Part shown: piece after piece, positions 18,934 to 27,921 of the stretch
Layout: the number at the start of each line of letters is the position of its first letter
Numbering within the stretch: the first letter of the stretch is position 1
DNA from: an uncultured Chlamydiae bacterium
GTDB lineage: Bacteria; Chlamydiota; Chlamydiia; Chlamydiales; Parachlamydiaceae
DNA: 64,000 nt
Direction: 5' to 3'
Assembly (NCBI GenBank): GCA_963754655.1
Contig: CAVWGN010000001.1
Span: forward strand, 2,944,001-3,008,000
Notes under the pieces: generated by a model
Told to the model about the DNA's origin: nothing
Databases searched by the model: none
The model's input: only the letters and a program-made list of their open reading frames with translations
Position numbers and translations under genes: made by a program

Positions 18934-21201
18934 ATGAATCATCCTATTAACGGATCCTCTTCAGATCCTTTTTCTAAAACTGCCGCAGATGTTGGCACAA
19001 CTTCTTTTGGGGAGACATCAATTCAGCAACCGACTTCTACACAGGCGTCCAAAGCAGCCATTTCTGCTGATTTCCAAGTATTTGAAGGAACAGATAATTT
19101 TGATATCGGAACAACTGTCACTCAACAATTTGCATCCATGCAACCCCGAGGCATTTATCAGGCTGATCCACACCGCCCTAAGCTAACTATCGAACCTGAT
19201 CCAGATGGGCTAACAGGTCCACAACCCTATGAACCTGATTCGCAAATTGCAATTAAGAATTTTTTCAAAGACCGCCTGAGAGAGTTATTAAGAAAAAAGG
19301 AGACAGGCATTCAAGCCGCCACTGTCCAAGTAATGGAAGATTCTTTAACAAAAGAAATCAAAGAAAAAGAGGCCGACAAGTCTAACACACCTAAAAATCA
19401 ATCAGCTAAAGGTGCAGCAGAAAAAGAAGAAGGAGAAGGACCCGAACTTCCTTTGCCTCAAGTTGAAAAAGAGGTAACTCTCATCGTAAGCAGCGTCATC
19501 AGTGGCAAAATAGCAACATTGAGCGAAAGTCAAAAAAAATTGGCAGTAGAAACAACTAAGGAAACGCAAGAAGCCTGGGGATTGCCCGCCTCCTGGTCGG
19601 TGGGGTCACATCAAAAGCTAGATTGGACGCCTATCAAAAAGGTTGATCCTCCTGTCAATATTGATCTAGCCCGTAAAGAATTTCTGGCTGCCAATATGAC
19701 AGAGCTCTTAGAAGCCATGCAAAAAGCTGGTCAAAAAGTTATCGATTCTTTGTCTTCCGTAGAACATATACGCATACCGGTAGCCGATTTAATCCAGGTG
19801 ATTTCTCAAGCAATTCGAGGCTTAAAGGAAGCCTTAAGAAATTTACAAATGAAAGAATCAGATACCTCTATTAAGCTGTCGGATGCTAAATTTGGAGCAA
19901 TTAAAGACCGCGAAAATTCAATAAACGATCAAATAGAAAAAAATAAAGAAATCTCTGAAACAAGAGCAAAACAGGAAGAAAAAGCCAAAACTGCAAAAAT
20001 TGTCTCCTGTATTGTTTCAGTGATAGCAACCATTGTCGGAGCCATTCTTCTTCCTTTTACAGCAGGGATGAGTACGGCTTTGATCATTGCGGGTATTGCT
20101 GTTGCTGCCGCTATGACAGCTTATACCATTGTGGATGCAACGTTCAATGTGACAACAAAACTTCTGACAGCCTTTAATAAATGTTTAGAAGGCATGTTTC
20201 CCGGGGAGGAGAATAACTGGAAAAGAACACTGGTTAAAGCAGCAATCATCGCTTGTGTTGTCGCTATTCTTGTCGTGGCCGTCGTCGCGACAGGAGGAGG
20301 AGCGGCAGCTAATATTGCGACTCAAACCGCATCTCAAATTGCCAAGACAGCTGTCTTAGAGACCCTCAAGCAATTATCTCTCCAAGCAATCATGATCACT
20401 ATTATGTCTAGCAACATCATTCCCGAATTGTTTAGTACTGCGTTAATTGAATCTGGAGTTCTTAATCGAGAGGACAAGGAAGGAAAAATGTGGGCTGAAA
20501 TGGCGATGATGGCCGTGACCATGCTCACGATGATGGCCATTGTAGCGACTGGAGGAAAGGGAGTTGGAAGCATCAAAGAAATTGGAAAAGGCATTTCAGA
20601 AGGGGCAAAATCTGTTGGAAGGACAATAGCCAACACCTTAAAATCCATGGTAGAAATCTTAACAGATTTGAAATCCAGCCTTGCGAAATTAGGAGAAGGA
20701 ATACAACAGCTAATTCAGACACTTATTAAAATGCTTAGCTCTCTTCTTAACGCTATTAAAAATGCTCCTAGAGACCTCGTGGTAGGATCCAAAGATTTAG
20801 CGATAAGCTTATTATTTGTTTTTCGGGATATGGCAGATATTATTAAGCATATTATTGGTACACGTAGCTTGGACAAAGAGACTATGGCTGCAATAACACA
20901 CCATTTAGAGACGCTTATCTACACTCTTAAACTTGCAGGGCTTGGCACAGAAATTGCGGTTGGAATTATTGTGGGTATCTTGGGTATGAAATTATCAGAT
21001 TTACTTAAAGAGGTAGGTTTAATTGAAAAAGCTCAGGAAATCACTCAGCTATTGATCAAATTATTTGATCAACTCTTGAATAGTTTTCAAGATGACTTGG
21101 GAAAAATTTCTGATTGGCTTAAGAGCCTTCAACATGCAATGGATAGCACCTTTGCCTCAGCAGATCAAACTTTAGCTAGAGCATCTCGTGTTCCAATATA
21201 G
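18934..21201 (+). CDS. copB: Major hydrophobic translocator, CopB/YopB-like
   Basis: Coiled coil followed by hydrophobic hairpin IVSCIVSVIATIVGAILLPFTAGMSTALIIAGIAVAAAM and further TM-like segments; PELPLP chaperone motif; start taken at ATG 18934 (ORF track 18883). Confidence 0.8.
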   Translation: MNHPINGSSSDPFSKTAADVGTTSFGETSIQQPTSTQASKAAISADFQVFEGTDNFDIGTTVTQQFASMQPRGIYQADPHRPKLTIEPDPDGLTGPQPYEPDSQIAIKNFFKDRLRELLRKKETGIQAATVQVMEDSLTKEIKEKEADKSNTPKNQSAKGAAEKEEGEGPELPLPQVEKEVTLIVSSVISGKIATLSESQKKLAVETTKETQEAWGLPASWSVGSHQKLDWTPIKKVDPPVNIDLARKEFLAANMTELLEAMQKAGQKVIDSLSSVEHIRIPVADLIQVISQAIRGLKEALRNLQMKESDTSIKLSDAKFGAIKDRENSINDQIEKNKEISETRAKQEEKAKTAKIVSCIVSVIATIVGAILLPFTAGMSTALIIAGIAVAAAMTAYTIVDATFNVTTKLLTAFNKCLEGMFPGEENNWKRTLVKAAIIACVVAILVVAVVATGGGAAANIATQTASQIAKTAVLETLKQLSLQAIMITIMSSNIIPELFSTALIESGVLNREDKEGKMWAEMAMMAVTMLTMMAIVATGGKGVGSIKEIGKGISEGAKSVGRTIANTLKSMVEILTDLKSSLAKLGEGIQQLIQTLIKMLSSLLNAIKNAPRDLVVGSKDLAISLLFVFRDMADIIKHIIGTRSLDKETMAAITHHLETLIYTLKLAGLGTEIAVGIIVGILGMKLSDLLKEVGLIEKAQEITQLLIKLFDQLLNSFQDDLGKISDWLKSLQHAMDSTFASADQTLARASRVPI

Positions 21202-21210
21202 GAGGTAGAC

Positions 21211-21792
21211 ATGGGTAATCATTCAGAAAAATTAAGTCCAATAGCGCAAGAAGTTGATGACTTTGTAGAAAAAAATAAAGCAGATATTCCTCCTGAGGCT
21301 GTTCCATTAGTTAAACAAGTTCTGACGAAGATGCAGACCGAAAATTTACCATTCAAAGAAGCTTTGGGATTCAGTCCTGAACTAATAGAAGAGATTTATC
21401 AATACGGATATTCCCTTTTTCAAAGCGGCAAATATCAAGAAGCACTGCCCGTTTTCAATATTCTGCGATTTATAGATGGCAACGATGAACGTTTTACATT
21501 TTCCCTCGCCGTTACCCATCATCATATGAAAAACTACATAGAAGCAGCGGGCAACTATATGCTATGCGAATTAGTCAACCCTGATGATCCCCTTCCCGCT
21601 TACCACCTGTCTGATTGCTTTATCAAAATGAATCAACCCGAGCTCGCTTTTAATGCAATGAAAATGGCCCATCAATTTGCTGCACAAGATCCTAAATATG
21701 CTGAATTAAAAGAAAAAATAGAATTAGAGCTTGAGCATCTCAGATCTGTGACAAATGGAACGAAAGAAAAACAAGAGTTATCACCTAAATGA
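21211..21792 (+). CDS. lcrH: Second LcrH/SycD-family class II chaperone
   Basis: IEEIYQYGYSLFQSGKYQEA...PAYHLSDCF TPR pattern; paralog of the 18294 ORF; GGAGG RBS. Confidence 0.9.
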   Translation: MGNHSEKLSPIAQEVDDFVEKNKADIPPEAVPLVKQVLTKMQTENLPFKEALGFSPELIEEIYQYGYSLFQSGKYQEALPVFNILRFIDGNDERFTFSLAVTHHHMKNYIEAAGNYMLCELVNPDDPLPAYHLSDCFIKMNQPELAFNAMKMAHQFAAQDPKYAELKEKIELELEHLRSVTNGTKEKQELSPK

Positions 21793-21814
21793 AATGGCTC
21801 AATGAGGATATTTT

Positions 21815-22477
21815 ATGACTACGCCTATTTTTAATACGGGATCCAATTTAACGCCCAATTATACTAACGAAAACGAGCTCGAATACGTTAAAAGTTCTGA
21901 ATCTTCTCAAGGTTCTAAAGGAGCAATCTTGACCAAAGATTCTTTAGAGGTCCCTTTTGAGAAACACATTAGCATTCAAAGCCAAGAGGCAGACGCTGGT
22001 CGTCCATTTTTGCCTCCTCTTTTTCGCATGCGCTTGATCGAGGATCGCCAGCCTGAAGATTTAAGTAAACATTACTATCAAACTCTAAGGAACAGTTTGT
22101 CTCCTCTCTTAAAAAACAAATTAGAAAGAGACGAGACCCAATTGACCCTCGCTGATCGAGATCCTGATCTCATTGCTTTGGATATAAGTTTGAAATTTGA
22201 GGCTAACTTGCTTGCTTTGACTGATACGCTTTCCGTTCCAAGCAACGATGAAGAGAGAATCCTAATTAGCGCTCAACAATACATTGCACTACCCTCTCTC
22301 GTGCAGCAAGAGCTTTTAAATGATGGAGCAAAAGTTTTACGCTTTCTTGATCATTATTTAAGCTCTATTGGGCCTAATGAGGCAAGTTATGACATCTTAC
22401 TCAATGTTTCAAATCAGATGAGGGAGGCTTTAGAATTATTGAAATTAAATCGGGAAACTACTGTGACAGAGTACTAG
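21815..22477 (+). CDS. Hypothetical protein in the translocon operon
   Basis: 220-aa ORF with GAGG RBS and tight spacing; S/T/N-rich N-terminus. Confidence 0.7.
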   Translation: MTTPIFNTGSNLTPNYTNENELEYVKSSESSQGSKGAILTKDSLEVPFEKHISIQSQEADAGRPFLPPLFRMRLIEDRQPEDLSKHYYQTLRNSLSPLLKNKLERDETQLTLADRDPDLIALDISLKFEANLLALTDTLSVPSNDEERILISAQQYIALPSLVQQELLNDGAKVLRFLDHYLSSIGPNEASYDILLNVSNQMREALELLKLNRETTVTEY

Positions 22478-22497
22478 TTAAAATCCAGGGGTCCAGG

Positions 22498-23472
22498 ATG
22501 GAATTGCAAAAAAAAATTTCTTATTATAATAGACTCAAACGCTTAAGCCATCAACTTGCCTTAAGCGAACACCTCTTGCAACATCATCCTAAGGTTAAAG
22601 GAAAGTGGGCAATTTTACAGACGCTCGTTCATGGTTTGCATTTGCAGATGCAATGGGCAATCGCCGGCCCTCCTGCTCGCTTACTGATGACATTTCAATC
22701 TGCTTTGCACGCGCAAGAAACGGAAAAGAGTCAAGCGGGATTTGTGGGACCTGCGATGCAGCGCCTGCAACAGTTAGTGACGCATTTTATGCATTTGTCT
22801 CTTCCTCCAACCGAAAGAGACTTGGCTCCCTTGGTATTTGCTTTTACCCAAGTGATTGCTTTGGGAACGCTTTTTATCGCCACGCAATTAGTGGAAAATT
22901 GGAAACGCCTTTTCCCTCAGAATGACGATCCCTTAGCTACCGAAAAAGCAGGATTGCTGCTAAAAGAGCTTGGCCTCACTTTTATTTTGGGTTCGCGCAC
23001 AGCAGAATCTGCTTTTCGCTCGATTGCAGAGGGGTTAGGACTTAAAGAAGTGAGTCAAAAAAGAATGACCGATAGTGGCATGTGCTTTTTGTTGGTTCTG
23101 TTAATTTTGAACCAACAGCACGAAACAGTGCAAGATGAGGAGTTTTTAGACACGCTGAAGCGCTTTATGCAACCCACCTTAGACTCTATTGAGCCTGCTC
23201 TTCAAGAGGCAGAAGCGCAACGCCTTTTAGATACTCATCAAGCCTCTCTTGCTTTAAGGCAGGTTCAAGTGATGCGTCAAGCGTTGGAAGCTTCTGATGC
23301 AGAAGCCATCAAACAGGCTTTGTCAGCCAGCTTTGATCTGTTAGGCATTTCCTTTCAGGAAGCCAAGCAAGACACACAACGATTAAGTGCATTTTGTGCA
23401 CAATTAAACAAGAGTTTTAAAAATATTTTTGACCGCACTGCCCTGACGGCAACAGTGATACATGCAGCTTAA
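22498..23472 (+). CDS. Hypothetical protein with hydrophobic segments in the translocon operon
   Basis: 324 aa; hydrophobic stretches LVFAFTQVIALGTLFIATQLV and MCFLLVLLIL; C-terminal helical region. Confidence 0.7.
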   Translation: MELQKKISYYNRLKRLSHQLALSEHLLQHHPKVKGKWAILQTLVHGLHLQMQWAIAGPPARLLMTFQSALHAQETEKSQAGFVGPAMQRLQQLVTHFMHLSLPPTERDLAPLVFAFTQVIALGTLFIATQLVENWKRLFPQNDDPLATEKAGLLLKELGLTFILGSRTAESAFRSIAEGLGLKEVSQKRMTDSGMCFLLVLLILNQQHETVQDEEFLDTLKRFMQPTLDSIEPALQEAEAQRLLDTHQASLALRQVQVMRQALEASDAEAIKQALSASFDLLGISFQEAKQDTQRLSAFCAQLNKSFKNIFDRTALTATVIHAA

Positions 23473-23504
23473 GTGTAAGCTTTACCGTTCGATCAGTGCT
23501 TTAA

Positions 23505-24590
23505 ATGGAGAATGAAAATATGAAAGGCCCAATAGAAAATCAATCAGGCTCACAGTATCAATATGAATACACGGGTCCGCAAGGCACAGGGCAAGCGGAA
23601 ACAGGAGGTGAATTACCTCCTGTCATGCCTGAAGGTGGCCCTCTTCCTACTCGCGATGCATTAATGCCTAGCTTACAGCAAGAAGCTAAGGAAAAACCCC
23701 CTGGGGTTGATAAACCTGGATTACCTCCGCCTATTCCCACTCCGAAAGATGTGCGGAATGAGGACCTTAGAACGAGAATTCTAAAAGGATTGATAGGTTC
23801 TAATCCCGCTTATACAGGTAAGAACTATTTGGGTATATTAATGATAAAGTATGGGGACTATCTAGATAATGTGAGTAAGACTCGCTTAAATGAATCCAAG
23901 CTAGAACAGACAATTCAAGAATTTAAATTCAAATTGGGCATAGAAAATGCCAACTTTGCAAAAACGCTAAAGGATTTTGCTGCACAAAAAGAATTCATAG
24001 CCGCAATCGGTCATTATGTGAATGCGGCAGTCAGTTTTATTCAGATAGGCGCTTCGGTTCACCAAAGAGGAGCCGCCAAACGAGAGGCTGCAAAAAGCGT
24101 TGAGGCTGAAAAGCAGGGACCCCAGAAGAAATTAGATGACCTAACAGCAGAAAGGGATGCGCTGCAAGGACAGACTGGAGACTTCGCCGCCGGCTCACCA
24201 GAAGAACAGCAACAATTGACACGCATAGCTGATAAAGACAAGGAAATTGCGCTAGCGCAAAAAGATCTCAATCTTATTAAACATAAAGAAGATAAAGCCT
24301 ATAAATGGGAGCTCCAACAAAGAGAAAAAACCGTTGACAATTTGTTTCAAGCTTTTAAAGGTTTAACAGATGGCGCAACTCGATTTGCAAGCGGATTAGT
24401 GACATTAGAAGAAGGAAAGCTTGAAAAAGCCAAAGGAGTCAATGAGGCCCTTTTGCAAGTGTTGAGTAAATTAGATGATGACTTAAGAAAATCTAGAGAC
24501 GAACTGCTTGGTCAACTTGATAAATTTTTCCAAGGCCTAGGTCAACTCGTCTCCGATTCAGTCAGAGCTCACCTTGTTGGCCGCGGATAA
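23505..24590 (+). CDS. Probable minor translocator, CopD/YopD-like
   Basis: Pro-rich N-terminus with PGLPPP, one moderately hydrophobic segment (FIAAIGHYVNAAVSFIQIGASV), coiled coil and amphipathic C-terminus; last gene before the terminator. Confidence 0.6.
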   Translation: MENENMKGPIENQSGSQYQYEYTGPQGTGQAETGGELPPVMPEGGPLPTRDALMPSLQQEAKEKPPGVDKPGLPPPIPTPKDVRNEDLRTRILKGLIGSNPAYTGKNYLGILMIKYGDYLDNVSKTRLNESKLEQTIQEFKFKLGIENANFAKTLKDFAAQKEFIAAIGHYVNAAVSFIQIGASVHQRGAAKREAAKSVEAEKQGPQKKLDDLTAERDALQGQTGDFAAGSPEEQQQLTRIADKDKEIALAQKDLNLIKHKEDKAYKWELQQREKTVDNLFQAFKGLTDGATRFASGLVTLEEGKLEKAKGVNEALLQVLSKLDDDLRKSRDELLGQLDKFFQGLGQLVSDSVRAHLVGRG

Positions 24591-24648
24591 ACAGAACTTA
24601 ATTAGCTGCTTTTTAACTTAAAGCCTTTTGATGGATCTCGATGTCATC

Positions 24649-24676
24649 AGCCAACCCTTTTCTTAAAGGGTTGGCT
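24649..24676 (+). terminator. Probable intrinsic terminator hairpin
   Basis: Perfect 12-bp stem AGCCAACCCTTT-TCTT-AAAGGGTTGGCT after the CopD-like gene. Confidence 0.65.
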
Positions 24677-24702
24677 TTGAAAGTAAAATTTAAAGGGGAT
24701 CT

Positions 24703-25092
24703 ATGATGCTAGAGAAGCTGATAGAACAATTAAGCCATGAACTGTCCATGGAAGATGTCATTACCTCTACTGAAGATCACCGCTATCTTTTACCCTTTGA
24801 CAATCATATCGAAGTCCAAGTCCTTGATTTAGAAAAAGGTTATTTAATTAAAGGAGTCATTGGAGCATGCCCTCAGCAAAACAAAGAGTCATTTTTGCTT
24901 AAAACAATGGAAGCCAATTTATTTGGTCGAGGAACTCGAGGAGCGGTAATAGGACTAAATGACGAAGGGAAAGTGTTGACCCTTTCGCTTGAGCTAGATT
25001 ACAATAGTTCTTTTCAAGACTTCAAAGAGAAGTTAGAAGATTTTATTAGCGTGATTGATTATTGGCGTAAAGAAGCCACAAAACATCAATAA
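24703..25092 (+). CDS. scc4: CesT/class I T3SS chaperone (CT663/Scc4-like)
   Basis: MEANLFGRGTRGAVIGL...FKEKLEDFISVIDYW; immediately upstream of cdsD. Confidence 0.8.
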   Translation: MMLEKLIEQLSHELSMEDVITSTEDHRYLLPFDNHIEVQVLDLEKGYLIKGVIGACPQQNKESFLLKTMEANLFGRGTRGAVIGLNDEGKVLTLSLELDYNSSFQDFKEKLEDFISVIDYWRKEATKHQ

Positions 25093-25132
25093 AAAAAATT
25101 GTTATCTTTTTTTGAATGAACATGGGTAAATT

Positions 25133-27100
25133 ATGGTTGCAAAGCTAGTAATAGAAGAAGGTGATCTGAAGGGATTATCATTGTCGCTTGAAGAAGGCGA
25201 TAGCTGGACCATTGGGCGAGATCCGGAGGAGTGCCAGCTTGTCATTGAAGATCCTTTAGTTTCTCGCAAGCATTTCATTACGCATCGTACTCCTGAGGGT
25301 TTTGTTGTCGAAAATTTGAGTGCTACTAATCCTGTCTTAGTCAACGAAGAAGAAATAAATGAACCGCACCTTTTACAAAACGGAGATGCTCTTAGGATTG
25401 GCAATGAGGTCTTGCGTTTCTACGAAGACACATCCGCTCAAGTTCTTGATGAAGAGATCTCACCTGATATCGAATCAAACGACATGGAAAATCTTGCTCC
25501 TGAAGAAGGCGAGATCATTCCTCAAGTCGAAGAACCTCCCTTTTCGACACCTCCTCTTCCCTCCTCTCTCCCCTTGGAAGAACAAACTCCCCCTTCCTCC
25601 CCTCCTATAGAAGAACAAACTCCCCAACAAGATCTCCGACAAGACACCATTTTTGAAGATGAAGATGCAGATTTAGCCTCTTTAGCTGAAATTGATTTTG
25701 GCGTAGTCGAAACCGGACGCTGGCTGCTCAAGGTCATTGGAGGTCCTAATAATGGAGCTGAATTCTACATGCAGGCCGGCAATCATTATGTTCTGGGGAC
25801 TGATCCACAAAGTTGCGACATTGTTTTTCATGACACCAGTGTTTCACGCCAACATGCCCGCATTACTGTCACCCCTGAGGATGAACTTTTAATCGAAGAT
25901 CTCAAAAGCCGTAATGGCATCTTAATCAATGGTGCCCCTATTGAAGGTAGGCAACCTCTTATTTCTAATACAATTATTACTTTGGGAACAACTTCTTTTG
26001 TCGTCTATGATCGCGAAGGGGAAATGCAAACCATTATTTCGCCGCTTCTTCCCTCTATTGTCAAGGTATTGCAGCAAGAACCTGCCAAAACAGAACCTCC
26101 ACCTGAAGAGCCTGCCGTTAAGGCAGAGCCTGAACCTATTGCTGTGCCAGTTTCGACTCATCCACCTATTGTTGAACCAATACCTCCCCCTCCTAAACCC
26201 CCACGGCAATTTGGGCCTTATATTGTTTTAACGGCAATTATTGGCCTATTTGCTCTTGCCGGCATTGGAACCTCTACTCTTTTCCGTGAAGAACCCGTTA
26301 TTATACACATGCAAGAGAATGCAGATGAATTAATTCAACAAGCTCTAAAGCCTTTTCCAGCTGTTCGTTGGACATTTAATAAATCTAATAGCAGCCTTTT
26401 GCTATTGGGCCACGTTTCAAGTTTATCTGACAAAAATCAACTTCTCTATAATTTAGGAAATTTAAAATTCATTAAAAGCATTGATGACAATAATATCATC
26501 ATTGATGAAGGTGTGTGGAACGAAGTCAACTCTCTTCTGTCTAGCAATCCTGCTTGGAAAGGAATTAGCATTCACTCGTCCGCAGCTGGCCAATTTATTC
26601 TCTCGGGTCAATTGCAAACGCGTAAACAAGCTGAGCAACTCTCTTCTTATCTAAGCTTGAATTTCCCCTATCTCGATTTACTCAAAAAACAAATTGTTGT
26701 TGAAGAAGATGTCGTCAATCAAATCAATGCCTGGCTACGTGATGCTCAATTATCCGAGGTTGTTCCTAAAATGACTAACGGTGAAGTGATCCTAACAGGA
26801 GGAGTTCCACCTGCAAAGGTCAATGAATTCACTGATATTCTTGCAAAAATTAAGCAAATTCCTGGCGTACGCATTGTGACGAATCTCGTTCAGACTCAAA
26901 CAGCTGAAACAGGAATTATCAATATTTCAGATCATTATCCAGTCACAGGAAAATCGCGTGTAGGCAATAAATATACCGTGGTCATCAACGGTCGCATTCT
27001 TTCAGAGGGCGATGATTTGGATGGAATGACAATTACTCAAATCACCTCTAGTCGGGTTATGCTGGAAAAAGAGGGAGATCAATTTCGCATTGATTACTAA
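25133..27100 (+). CDS. cdsD: T3SS inner-membrane ring protein CdsD/SctD
   Basis: Two FHA domains (IGRDP...VSRKH; LGTDP...VSRQH...SRNG), one TM helix, periplasmic BON-like repeats. Confidence 0.92.
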   Translation: MVAKLVIEEGDLKGLSLSLEEGDSWTIGRDPEECQLVIEDPLVSRKHFITHRTPEGFVVENLSATNPVLVNEEEINEPHLLQNGDALRIGNEVLRFYEDTSAQVLDEEISPDIESNDMENLAPEEGEIIPQVEEPPFSTPPLPSSLPLEEQTPPSSPPIEEQTPQQDLRQDTIFEDEDADLASLAEIDFGVVETGRWLLKVIGGPNNGAEFYMQAGNHYVLGTDPQSCDIVFHDTSVSRQHARITVTPEDELLIEDLKSRNGILINGAPIEGRQPLISNTIITLGTTSFVVYDREGEMQTIISPLLPSIVKVLQQEPAKTEPPPEEPAVKAEPEPIAVPVSTHPPIVEPIPPPPKPPRQFGPYIVLTAIIGLFALAGIGTSTLFREEPVIIHMQENADELIQQALKPFPAVRWTFNKSNSSLLLLGHVSSLSDKNQLLYNLGNLKFIKSIDDNNIIIDEGVWNEVNSLLSSNPAWKGISIHSSAAGQFILSGQLQTRKQAEQLSSYLSLNFPYLDLLKKQIVVEEDVVNQINAWLRDAQLSEVVPKMTNGEVILTGGVPPAKVNEFTDILAKIKQIPGVRIVTNLVQTQTAETGIINISDHYPVTGKSRVGNKYTVVINGRILSEGDDLDGMTITQITSSRVMLEKEGDQFRIDY

Positions 27101-27132
27101 CAGGTAAATCTCTATTAAATGAGGATGTGGCA

Positions 27133-27381
27133 ATGTTTGGTTTAGAAAGTCAAAAAAAGAAAAAGCCTAATGAAGAGTTTATCTTTGAACTTGAAAAGGA
27201 TCTTAAAAATCCTGCAAAACAGAAAGAGATAAGGCAACAAGTAGAGAACCGCCTTCAAAAAATTAAAGAGACCTTACGATCAGGTGATGATCAGGAGGAA
27301 TTTGATCGTTTCGGCATCCTTCTCCATGGTTATAACTCTCTACTTAAAGTCATATCGCGCTTTACTTCCAAAACGAAATAA
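27133..27381 (+). CDS. cdsE: Needle chaperone CdsE (CT665-like)
   Basis: FIFELEKDL...IKETLRSG...FGILLHGY; position after cdsD (GTG alternative at 27127). Confidence 0.8.
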   Translation: MFGLESQKKKKPNEEFIFELEKDLKNPAKQKEIRQQVENRLQKIKETLRSGDDQEEFDRFGILLHGYNSLLKVISRFTSKTK

Positions 27382-27393
27382 GGATTTAGGATT

Positions 27394-27858
27394 ATGAACG
27401 AGGAAAAATTATTAGAGTTTAAAGAGGACTTTGCGCTTCTCATTGAAGCAGGTTTTGTCGCAGTCAAGCAACTCGATGAAATCAGCGCAAGCCGTATTTT
27501 TCAAGCGGCTCAAGCCCTCAGCCCATCCAATACAGCCCCTCAAATTGGAATGGGTTATATTGCCATCAATAAATTGGAAATTAAAGAGGCAACCCGCATT
27601 TTTGAAGCTGTCACTCAAACAGAGCCAGAAAATCATCTGGCTCAGACATTTTTAGGCATTTGCTTTTTGTTGACTAAAGGAAAACAAAAAAAAGGGGAAA
27701 AAATCATCAAAGAAGCCATGGAAAAGACCAACGATCCCACCATTAAAAACTTAGGCTCTCTTTCGCTTGAGTGGGCTTTAAAAGATTTATCTAAAAAATC
27801 TTCCGCACCTTTTTTTGCTGGGCAAAAAGATGCGACTTCAGAAGAAGAAAGCAAGTAA
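27394..27858 (+). CDS. cdsG: Needle chaperone CdsG (TPR, CT667-like)
   Basis: FKEDFALLIEAGFVAVKQLDE; TPR-like helices. Confidence 0.8.
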   Translation: MNEEKLLEFKEDFALLIEAGFVAVKQLDEISASRIFQAAQALSPSNTAPQIGMGYIAINKLEIKEATRIFEAVTQTEPENHLAQTFLGICFLLTKGKQKKGEKIIKEAMEKTNDPTIKNLGSLSLEWALKDLSKKSSAPFFAGQKDATSEEESK

Positions 27859-27921
27859 TATCCAGTCGTTGCAACACCTCGCTGTATTAGCAATCAATTT
27901 CGCCTCCTTATCGACTGTTTC

